A stretch of 64,000 nt of DNA, taken from Octopus sinensis (taxonomy: Eukaryota). Within the stretch, counting starts at the first letter, position 1. Each line of letters opens with the position of its first letter. Of this stretch, positions 50,401 through 62,400 are shown in pieces. The stretch lies in the NCBI RefSeq assembly GCF_006345805.1, contig NC_042999.1, forward strand, positions 162,936,001-163,000,000, given 5' to 3'. A model generated the notes under the pieces. That model did not search any database, was not told the DNA's origin, and saw only the letters and a program-made list of their open reading frames with translations. The translations under genes and the position numbers were made by a program.

Positions 50401-53400
50401 TGCTTCAGCTATCACCACCAAAGGTTTCCATGATTGCTACAAAAACTGGGGAAATGAGATTCATTAAAATACATTACAACAATACAAAATGAACAAGTAA
50501 ATAGAAATATTGAACAATATCTTACATCATTTGTATATGCTCCTTTACTGTAGGAACTTGTACCATATGTGTTAGTGCTTGAGCCCCAGTAACCAGTGCT
50601 GGAATCAGTGTTGTTCCCATAATTACTATATATCCCTTCATATTGACCAGTGCTTGCAGTTGCGTTGCTTCCAGTATAGTTATCAGAATAACCAGAGTGC
50701 TTTTAAATTTGAAGAGAAAAAGAATAAAAAATGTTATGAAGAAGAGATGAAAATTAAACAGGATTGCTATGCATACAAGAGGGTTGTCTCCTTTTTATTA
50801 TTTTACTATTTTACTAGTTGTGGAGGCGCAATGGCCCAGTGGTTAGGGCAGCGGACTCGCGGTTTCGATTCCCAGACCGGACGTTGTGAGTGTTTATTGA
50901 GCGAAAACACCTAAAGCTCCACGAGGCTCCGGCAGGGATGGTGGTGATCCCTGCTGTACTCTTTCACCACAACTTTCTCTCACTCTTACTTCCTGTTTCT
51001 GTTGTACCTGTATTTCAAAGGGCCGGCCTTGTCACTCTCTGTGTCACGCTAAATATCCCCGAGAACTGCGTTAAGGGTACACGTGTCTGTGGAGTGCTCA
51101 GCCACTTACATGTTAATTTCACGAGCAGGCTGTTCTGTTGATTCGGATCAACCGGAACCCTCGTCGTCGTAACCGACGGAGTGCTTCCATTCCCATTTTA
51201 CTAGCACTGTGATTTGCCAATGGGAACCACAAGTGGTAAGGATAACCGCTGTAGGCATCAGCGGCAATGTATCATTATTTATTAGCTTGCAATGTCGAAT
51301 TTAACTCCTTCTGACAAGGAGAGGCTTTAACATGTTGAATTGTCCAATACATTATAACAAAATCTTCAGTGGTTTTCAAATGGCATATGAAACTTACTTT
51401 TGATGAGAAGCCAGATTTAGACATATTAAAGTTGTGGTGTTTGTGTGAATGTATACATATGTGTGAGTGTCATTCTGAAATAGTGAGCTATCAGCTCTTA
51501 CCTAATAAGCCAATATTTCCAGCAGTTCGCTAGTGAGTTGCATGGTGTAGTGCAGAAGACAGTTATGGTATTTTTGTACAGAAGACAGTATATTTGCATC
51601 AGTACGGAAACTGTGAAATGAACTTTAAGTTCTGTATCTGTACTGCTATTGATTAACAATTACAATTGCATTTAAATGTTGTCATCAAATAAAATGGTAC
51701 AATCAAACCAAACGTATATTCTAGACAGCAAGTAGAAGGAAAGTACCATGAGGAAATACATACTGTGTAGCTGTTTGCCAAGTCTTTGTTATAATAGTCA
51801 GTAGTTGCCTGGCTTTTAGCAGAATTATAAACATCACTGTCATCCCCTTCATTTTGGTCATAATAGTTAGAATGGTAAGTCTGAAAAATTGAAGCAAAAA
51901 CATTTTGATGCTTGAAGCAGGTACATTATTTTGCCTTGATTATTCCTTATGTTATTTACCCTAATGTCACTGATAAGTAGTATGAAACTGTAAATTTCTC
52001 CAAAACTGACACCTTTTAGAATTTCAAGATTCTTAATCTGACAAAGTGTTTATAATCCTTGAATTACAAGGGAAAAGTTTGGTAAAATCTTTAAAAAGTT
52101 TGTGACAAAAGATTTATACAATAGAGAATTAGGAAAAATCTCAAACTGAAGTGATCAGAAAACTTTATAGAGTAACCTTCCCATTAATTACTTTCTGCTG
52201 CAAATCCTTTATCTTGATGATCATCAATGGTGCCACTAATAAGAAACCATCTACTTAGTTTCTCAGAATGTTGGTAGTGATACAATTTGGGGTCATCCTG
52301 TTCAATATTATAGTTAATATACTCCTGCTTATTAAACTGTGAAATAATCTGTAATATAGTATGTTAACCTAAACTGCTTTAACCTATATTTATTTTACAG
52401 AATATTTTGTTTTGGACATTTTCGTTGCAAATAAGTGTAACTGAAGTGCTTAAGGGAGTAATAAATTGAACTGAACAAGGAACATCTGCAAACCTTCAAA
52501 GGGCAGTTTTTTCAGTGTCATGGTTCGCATATGGTGAGAGACTGAAAGGAACCCAGGCCTGGAGTAACTTGCTATCGATGCAGACAAACAGGCCACATCG
52601 CTAGTGAATGCGTTCAGGGAAATGGTCTAAGGGAGACTACTGCAACGGTAGTTGTCTCGTTGAAAGAATAGAGGCGCGTATATGGTGTATACGGTTGTGG
52701 TGGAGGGAAAGGTATCATGAGCCCTCGTGGACATGGGCTGCTCAACAACCCTAATAACTCCGGTGGTGGAAGAAGAATGGAGTAGAGTAAGTAGTGTAAG
52801 GGCTGATGATGGTATGGAAGTTGAATGCAGAGGAAGTAGCGATGTGGATGGACACCATTATCCATTTGGGAGGTGTCACGATCAATGAAGCCGGTGTAAC
52901 GTTTGGTGATGCAGGGGCCATGAGTTGACTATGAGCCATGAGTGCACGACAGGAGAGTGGTGAGAGCTGCAAAGAAAAATATGCTGCACACACCATTACA
53001 GACAAGGATCTTCGAGCTGTTTTCGATGGCCAGCAGTGGGCAGTGGAATGGTATTGGGAGGGAGATCCTCCAACATTGAAAAACGCAGTAGGCTGCTATC
53101 TGCATACCCTGAAAGGGGATGCCAAAAATGAGTTTGAGGGAGAGGTGGAACGGTGTATCAAGGAAGGGATTCTGATCCCTTGGAAGGAGGAAGTGGAGAG
53201 TGGAGTGCTACTGCTGATGGCAGTGGTGCAGCCGACGAAGCATAAAGTCAGGCCAGTATTAGATTTCCGAGAGCTGAACAACCATGTATTGTGCCATACG
53301 GGCGGCAAGCTATGGACATTTGCAGCAAAACCATGAGAGAGTGGAATCGTCAATTTGAAGTCGGCATACCTGCAGCTGCATGTGGCTGAGAGACTGGAAA

Positions 53401-56400
53401 TATCAGCTAGTAAGGTACAAGGTTTGGACATACTGCCTGACCAGGTTGGGATTTGGGCTGAATTTAGCACCAACGATTATGGCGACAATTCTCAAAACCA
53501 TCCTGGGAAAGGCAGACAAAGTGAATAGTGCCACCAATTCCTATATTGATGACATCCTGGTGGATGCGAGCATAGTGTCGGCAAAGGAGGTCATAAGCCA
53601 CCTGAAGAGTTTTGGGCAAACTGACAAACACCAGAGGTGATGGAAGGAGGAGCAACACTGGTACTCAAGCTATGGAGAGACAAGGCTAGTGTGTTGGTGC
53701 TGCGGAGAGAGTATGAGATCCCAGAACTGGGCTCCAAGACGAGTAGGCGGGAACTGTTTTCTGTGTGTGGGAAGCTGCTGGGACACTACCCGATTGCAGG
53801 ATGGCTCTGCATGCAGCTTCATCAAGAGGTGAGCTGAAAGAGTGAGGTGGAGTGACAATGTGGGCAAGAAGACAACTGCCATGATGCAAGAAGCCTTGGA
53901 GAGAGTGACTGCGGAGGACTCAATAAGAGGAAACTGGTATGTGCTCAGATTGAAGAATGGGATCGTCTGGTGTGATGCTAGCAGCATAGCAACAGGAGTT
54001 GTCCTAGAAATTGGAGGTGTCGTGGTGGAGCATGTGGCCTGGCTCAGGAAGAAGGACGACTGCAACCACATCAACGTGGCAGAGCTGGATGCTGTGTTGA
54101 AGGGTTTGAATCTGGCCCTAAGGTGGGGGCTGTGTACCATCAAGATCCAGACCGAGTCAGTCACTGTACTTAGACGAGCAGGACCAGTGGTCACTGGCAA
54201 ACGGAGGGTGCGAACCAAAGAGGGTGCAGAGATGCTGATAAGATGCTGTTTGGGAATTCTGGGCGAGCTAGCTGCTGAATTTGACCTGAGGCTGATTCTG
54301 GTTTTTGTGCCCTCTGAGAAGAATAGAGTGGACGTTCTGACCAGAGTAAAGAAAGCCTGGTTGCAGGTGCCAGAGGATATGAGCAAAGAGTAGCTGCAGT
54401 TTATCAACTGAGTGACTCAGAGCTGAGGAGACTGCATACCATGCATCACATGGGGGTGGACAGGACCCTGTTCCTAGCCAGGAAAGTTGACTCTGACATG
54501 ACCAAGCAGAGTGTGCAGAGAGTAGTTGGGAGCTGTGACAGGTGCCAGTCCATTGACCCTGCACTTGGTGTGCATGAGGCAGGAAGCATTCCAGTGGAAC
54601 ACAACTGGAAATGACTGGCAGTGGACATGATGCACTAACAGCAGGGGACACATCTCCTGATGGTTGACTGCGGACTGGGGCAGTTGGTCATATGGAGGGA
54701 GATGAAGACGGGGACCGCAGAGGAAATCACAAGAATACTAAATGAGATATTCCTAGAACGAGGCGCCATGGATGAGCTGCTTGTGGACAATGGCACTGCG
54801 TTTCGCTTGGAGGTGCTGAGGGAAATGCTCAACAAGTGGCATGTTAGCCGTTTCTTCAGGGCAGCATACCAGTGAAGTGACAATGGGGTTGTCGACAGGC
54901 ATCATCGCACCATCAAGACCATAGAGGTTGTCTTTTGGTATATGTTGCCCAGGTTGGGACAAACTGAGGAGTCAGTGCCACACAGGACAATATTTAAGTA
55001 TAAGTGGAGACATCCATGTATCACATCGCTGCAACCCACAGAAGAGAGAGAGCATGCCTTTGTGCAGGTCAGGGAAGAAGTCTGGGTTAAATCCCCAAAT
55101 GCACGGTGCACATCACAATGGGGAAAGTGGACAATAACCTCTGTAAATTTGAGGAACAATGTGTCTGTAGATGGTATGCTGCGTCATATTTTGGATGTGC
55201 ACAGGATCATCAATGCAATGGAAGATGGAGCCAACAGTAATGGACAAGAGGATGAAGCTGGCAGCAACATGCCAGGGACTGAGGCCAGTCCTGAAGTCCC
55301 ATGGTGGTCACAGAGGAAGCGGTGCCCTCCTCACTGGTTGGCTGATTACAAGACAAGTTAAGAAATGTGGTCAGGGTTGAGAAGAGGGTGTGGGCAAGTT
55401 GGTCGAATGATCTTCAGATCAGGTGGGCATGTGGTGTTATGAACCAGGCTGTGTTGTACGGAAGGACCAGAAATGAGGGAGTACACGTCCTGTCAGAAGT
55501 GGTGCCTGTGGGTCCCACCGGAAGGGCCGAAGTAGGCATGCAGGGCTGGCGGGGCACGAGAGGTCAGTTGGTAGTGGACAGTGTACAAGAGCAGACCTGT
55601 TAGATGGTATGGCGGCAGACAGAGCATGTGGACGTTGTGAGCGACCCTTCCAGATAGACAGGTAAGACTACTGTAATTCTCTCTCTGCTTCCATCTTTTC
55701 CTCCTTCACATCACACAGTGTAAGGGAGAAAGACAAACATTTCAATTGATGAAAGCAATTAATGCAAGCCTGCACATTCCATGTAGATTATTAGATAACA
55801 AAATCTTAAATACAACATAAAAATAACAAAATAAAATCTACATAGAAATTAAATCGTATAGTGACAAAACTAACCTGATTGTCATAGTAATTACTATAGT
55901 TGTCATAATATTGGTCATTGCTAGTGGTTCCATATTGGTTGTTATATATAGTGCTGGAGTAATCAGTGGTGGCACTGGTGGTTCCAGTACCAAGGCTAGT
56001 GGATGGAACCAAACTACTGCTAGAACCAACATTGTTTCCAGTCTAGACAAGGGAATGAAAAAGAAAGAAAAAAAAAACATTAATTAAAGACATTCCAATC
56101 TCCCATTTCAAAACTCAGTGTGAGAGATAGAATGGCGTTTTCAGCATACCAGGAGAAATGTAGCTATTTCTCTGGGCAAGAAATGATTGTGGTAAAGATG
56201 GGTGCTGGTTTAGGTGGAACTTTCACTTATTCTGTTTAATAAAATAATCTCTCTCTATATAAACGGCAGTTTGTCTGTGCGTTTTCTGTGTGTCTGTTTT
56301 CTCGTACCTTCACTCTGACCACGGCTTTCAACCGATTCTGATGAAACTTGACACACACATAGCCCAATGTCATAATTCAAAACTAACGCAGCGAAAATTT

Positions 56401-59400
56401 TGAAAAATTCCCCCAGTTCTGAAAAAAATCGATAAATTCGACATGGGGTCGAGAATCAGAAACCCAAACCACAGACCGTCTAGGGGACGCAACTCCACCT
56501 TTTTTAACTCTCGAAAAAAATTTACCATCATTTTTTTTCCATTTTTAAAAATATTTTTTGGCTATAACTCTCTAAAAATGCTTTATAGTTATTTCCCTTA
56601 CAAACCTGAGCAACGCCGGGCGATACTGCTAGTATCTATTAAATCTAGATGTTGGCTAGCAAATAGCTCACCATAGTTTAGTTCCCTATACAGCCAATGA
56701 TGAATTTGGAAATATCTACTTACATGAAAACTGAGAGAAAATATTTCATGCAAATGAAAGCAAAATAAAACCACCATGATCCCCATATTCCCATGGTTAA
56801 ATATAGCAACATTTGAACAGCTGCTGTTGTCTGCATTATTTTTATTGAACCAAGCTTCATAGGTTTGCTGAGCAAGCTAGCTTTTAGGTCTGTTAATTGT
56901 AATCCAGAGAATAGGTGACTTTACAGCAAGCCTAGTGACCATGTCAAGAAACAAGTAGTTTAGATTGCTACTAGCTCTAAATGCAGTAATGGTGAGTGAT
57001 TTTAAAGGAATTGCAACTAAGAAATAATAAAACTGTATAAGCCAAAGTTTTATTCTAAAATCTGTTACATAGCATTTCCTAGACATTAAAAAAAACATCT
57101 GAATTTTTTCTTTCAGAAAGGTTTGAACCCTCTTTTGCAAATTTCATTAGTTGATAATTAACACAATATACAAACGACCTGATAAGTCAATTGGGATATA
57201 ATCCTTCCAACACCAGAACTGCCTTTCGTATTTGATATCACACAACAGGTTAGGGCAGCCAAGCATTTAACAGTTCTTCATTTATGCTTGGTTACAAATC
57301 TTAAATATCATTTTATTTTTTCTAATGACTTCTATGACTCACTGCATAATTTAGAGCATCACAGAAATCTTTGTAAGCCTGGTGGGGGTCCATCTTTTCT
57401 ATGATAAACTCTACAAGAGAGGTTTGAACTCAGTCCTAAAAGTAAACAAAATCTTCAGTCAACACACAGTACTCTCATCACTTTACAAATTGATGATGAT
57501 ACCTGTTTATAGTTAAGCAAGGCTAAGCCATCTGTGGAGTATGTGCCTCAGCTATAACACAGCACAATTCTAGTGATACAGATGCAAACTATCAAAATTT
57601 TGGTCAGTAGTTAGGTGTATTAATGATTATCTGTGATATGCAATTTTATATTAACATTACAACAAAAAAAAAAAAAAAAAAGAAAAAAAGAGGATCAAAA
57701 AGAGATGGATGGCAATGTAGTGGTTTCTATTATAGGCAATGCTGGCAGTTGAAAGACTTACAAGAGGGACAATAACATTATTTTCTGTTCAACATTACTG
57801 TAAAATCTTTATATATAAAAGTGAGGTTGTGTGCTGTCTGTCTCCTACGATTTAGATTCCTAACTACTCCCACATTTTGCGGTGCAGTTTAACCAAAACC
57901 GGGTATCTTATAGTCGTGATTCATATCGAGCCCTTCTGGGTATTAGCGCGCGTCTACGATGAGTCTACGATTTAAAAAAAAATTTACCATCAATTTTTCC
58001 CATTTTTAATGCATTTTTGGCATATATAAGGGAAGTAACTCTCTAAAAATTTATTATTAAATCTCAGAACGTAAAAAGCTACCCCACCCCGTTGTGGTTA
58101 GCCATATTGAGATGGCTATTATACTTTACATCTCTAAAAATGCTTATATAGTTATTTCCCTTACAAACCCGAGCAACGTCGGGCGATACTGCTAGTTTAT
58201 CATAAATGAATTCCTCATAAATAATAAACAGAGGCCGCCTTCTGCTGACATGGGTTGTGCAGGTTCACAGAATAACTTCTAAGAGCATATAACCAAAATG
58301 AATATCATTAGAAATCTGTAACATCAAAATGGTCCATAAATTATCACCATCATTTTAGTATCCATGTTCCAAACTTGATTAGCTTAAAGTTGCTCACCAA
58401 CACATCATAACCCCTAACTCACAAACATGTCTCCACACTCAGTCCTTTTTACAACCACCGCTACCACTACTACAGTGGCCTCTGATCCTCACAGAAAACT
58501 GTCAAGCTGAAATATCTGCTTTGGCAAGGTTTCCATGTCTTGATGCCTTTCCTAACACCAATCATTTTACAGAGTGCACTGATAACATCAGCACTGGTAA
58601 AGTTATCTAGTAACTTATAAGGCAAAGAAGACATACCTCAGCAGAGTGGAGTTATAACAGAGGAGATGGCATTATACTAGATGATAAGAGGTAGGTGTTT
58701 TGCTATAGAAAAGATATATGGTTACCACACATATAAGGATAGTTAGAAGTAGCTGAAAAGGAAAACAAGGATGGTTGTGCCAAGGCACAGGAGAAAATAT
58801 GGACAGGATCAGGAAGGGTAGGTAAGTTCATAGGTGAGAGGAGGGTGACAACTGGTTAAAGATAGGGATAGAGATGAATGTATTCTTTTCTACTCCATAC
58901 GAGAAAAGCCCAACATTTTTGGGGAGGGGCCAGTCAGTTAGATCGACTCCAGTGTGCAACTGGTGCTTAATTTATCGACCCTGAAAGGAAGAAAGGCAAA
59001 GTCGACCTCGGCGGAATTTGAACTCAGAACATAAAGACAGATGAAATTCCGCAAAGCATTTCGCCCAACATTCTAACATTTCTGCCAGCTGGCCGCCTTA
59101 TAGAGGCGAATTATTGAATGATTAAGGGTGGAGGAGAGGTTGACAGTAAATATCAGTCGGGGGAGGGTGTATATAGGAGTCAGTGGGGGGGATGTATATA
59201 GAAGAAGCTCAAAAAAGAGATAAGTGCTGGAAAGGTAGAGAGCAGTAGTATAATTAACCTGTATATAGATCATAAAATAAAATGATGGTATGGGGTGGGG
59301 AGAGAGAGAGAGAGAGAGTGACAGCTATGAATGTCAGAAATATGTAAAGGTGGATATAGCGAGTGGGGAATAAGGGGGAACTGCCAAAGGCAGATACGAG

Positions 59401-62400
59401 AGGATGTTGGGAATGATAGTAAGGATGAGAGAGTGTTAACCCTTTAGCATTTCAACCAGCCATATCAGGTCTAAATATTATGTTTTATGTTTATCCTATA
59501 ATGTCATTCAAAAATAAATAATTACATCACTGTAATCTCAAAGCTACAAGATAATGCATGTTTAATTCAAAACAATGTGAATAAATAAGCATTATATTTC
59601 ACAGAGTAATCCAAATGCTAACGAGTTAGAGATGAAATATAGCAATCCTAAGATGTAGAAAGGATGATATAGTATATAAATGCATAGTGAAGTCACAGAG
59701 ATTTGGTTTGAAATGGCTTTCATGAAACTTTTATTAAGCAAATTTTCACCAGGTATTTTATAAAGTGATGACTTCTACTATTCCACATAAGAGCAGAGAA
59801 AATAAAGGGAGCTTTTGCAGTCACAGTAAAAACAACTTTTAATGCATTCAATTGTAATAACTAGACAGTACTATAAAAGATATCCTCTCAGCAAGAAAAG
59901 TGCTAAGCTAAAGAAAACATTCAGATCATCAAACTATATTGGTAGTGGAAACTGGACATTAAGCTGATGACAGCAAGTATTACTGTAACTAGCAAAAAGA
60001 CTGCCCTCCAGGCAGATTTTTTGCTAACCTCTTGATAATATTTTCACATTTGATTATCAATTCTAATAATTTTTATATTTTACATCTAATTATTTCTTTG
60101 TGTAACAGTGCTCACTTGCTTAGTAAATATTGCTGTCATTATTTCATCACAGTCATAATCTCCTTTTTTTAAACAAACATCACAGTAGTCCAACAACAGA
60201 GGGAGAAGCAATTTGTCAAGTTTTTGCCATCTACTCAAAGCAACATAGAAATTTCAATTCAGCAGCCCATCTGTAAGCTTTGCAGTGCGTGTGTGTGTGT
60301 GTGAGAAAGAGGAGGGGAGAGAGACATTGCAAACAATGAATGAAAAACATGAAATGAAAAAAATCATATAAATAAAAAGGCATTACTATAGATGTATACG
60401 CTTCCTAACTTTGTTGCCTCATCCACAAAAACGATATTTTTTAAAAAAATTTTCTACAAATACTGCTTAGATGTTGTGAATTGAGAGTACATAGGGATTC
60501 ATAGGAAAGAATTTTTCCGAGGGGGTGGAGAGAGGAGTTTTGGAAAAATTCACATGATCTGACTTTTTTTCCCTCATAACTTTCAGGAAGATGGGTATCT
60601 TCTCATGAAAATTTATACAAATCCCTTTCAAATGGCATAGATTACGATTATGAAGAAATTTATGATGAAAATTTTTTCAGGGATTTTCCCCATTTTTTTA
60701 AAACCACAGCTTTCGAAGTGATGGGGTGGGGGTTGAGGTGCATCTGTGTATAAAAAAAGTTTTGAAAACTCTTTTTTTTTTTGCAACCCCCTCCCTAAAC
60801 TTCCCACTTGGCCCTATTTTGGTCAATTTTTTTTTTGCACTTCAAAACCATGGGAAGAGCATTCTCAGTCAAAAATTTATTTAAAAAATGTTAATATTTT
60901 GAGAGTGAGTGATTTAAGGATGATTTGGCTGTTGTTTCTAGCACATCCAAAGACAACCTTCCTTGTTTCTTTATCACTCTCACATGTATTCGTGTTTTTC
61001 AATAATTTCCCTCCCATAAATACATTTATATGCTATAAAAAAGACAATTTGAGAAATTATGGGTTTTCTGCAACCCCCCTCCCTGGCCCTGATTGTTTCT
61101 GTTTAGAAATTAAAATATTGGAGAGCCTGAGAAGATCATTGCTGGCATTTATGCACAGTGAATTAAAAAAATTACAGAGATGTACTCGCATAGCAAATGA
61201 CTTGATCTGAGATCATGTGCTGAAACAAAAACAATTGCAGTGTAGATGTTTATAAGCCATTCAAGAACACACAAAAACTGTCAGTTTCACGGCACTACTT
61301 AAATACAGAGGTCCCGGTGCATCTACGTAACGAGATGAAGGGGAGGGTTAGTTTTAGGGTTACAGTTAGGGTGTCTTTACACGTCCACACAGCGTACATT
61401 TAAAATGTTTTGTATGTAATACCTTCATTACGGGGTCCCCTCCTTTCAAGCTGTAAGGCAACCCCAACAGGACTGATACTGCAAAAAGCACTCAGTACAC
61501 TGTGTATGCGGTGGGTAATCAATCTGAGCAACAACACAGAGTTTAAGAGGAGTTTTTAATCGTGGTGATGGGAAGGTAACTGGTGTAGTACTGGTACAAG
61601 AAAATGCATCCAGTACACTCTATAAATTGGATGGTTTTAGAAAGGACATACAACCATAGAAACCATACCAAAAATGAGATAATGAAGCAAGTAATGATTC
61701 TCTGACCTATTACATCCTGTCAAACCATCCAAGCCATGTCAGCATGGAAAACAGACATAAAATGATGATGCTGATGATGATATCCTGAGGTGATATCCTC
61801 AGCATTATAGTAAAGTTGTTTTCCTAAAGGCTTTGCCATAACATGGAATTCTACAATGCAAAAACCAATTTTTCCATTGATATCTATATTATAAATTGAA
61901 ATGCATTCTCAGAACTTTTTTTGGTGTTTGTGAGTGGGAAAGTAAAATAATCCCATTTACACATGAGAATAATCATTTTTAAACCCATACGATATACATA
62001 AAAACATCTAAAGAAAATTACATTAGGGAATAAAAAAAAAAACACTTTTGGTCTGTTTCTCAGTCCACCTCTCAACAATATTTGCTATGGCGGGATATAT
62101 TTCCCACAGAAGATTGAAAACAAACAACATTGCTTATACAACTGTACTTATATGATGGTTGCTTACAACCATCACACTGTGTCAAGACAAAGATACACAC
62201 AAACACACACACATATATGTATTCATTGGTGCAGCCTTCAGGCTCCCCAGACTCCAGTTGAACCGTCCAACCCATGCTAGCATGGAAAGCGGACGTTAAA
62301 TGAGGATGATGATGATATATCACAGTTTCTATCAACCAAATCCTCTCACAAGGTTTTGATTGGCACAAGAACATAGTGGTAGACATTTGCATAAAGGTGC

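Noticed and set aside
53670-54651. Minus-strand ORFs of 245 and 127 aa
   Set aside because: Antisense shadows of the GC-rich Gypsy pol region.
61345-61371. TTAGGG-like motifs (gggttagttttagggttacagttaggg)
   Set aside because: Only two exact units inside a small CpG-rich repeat; not an interstitial telomere array.
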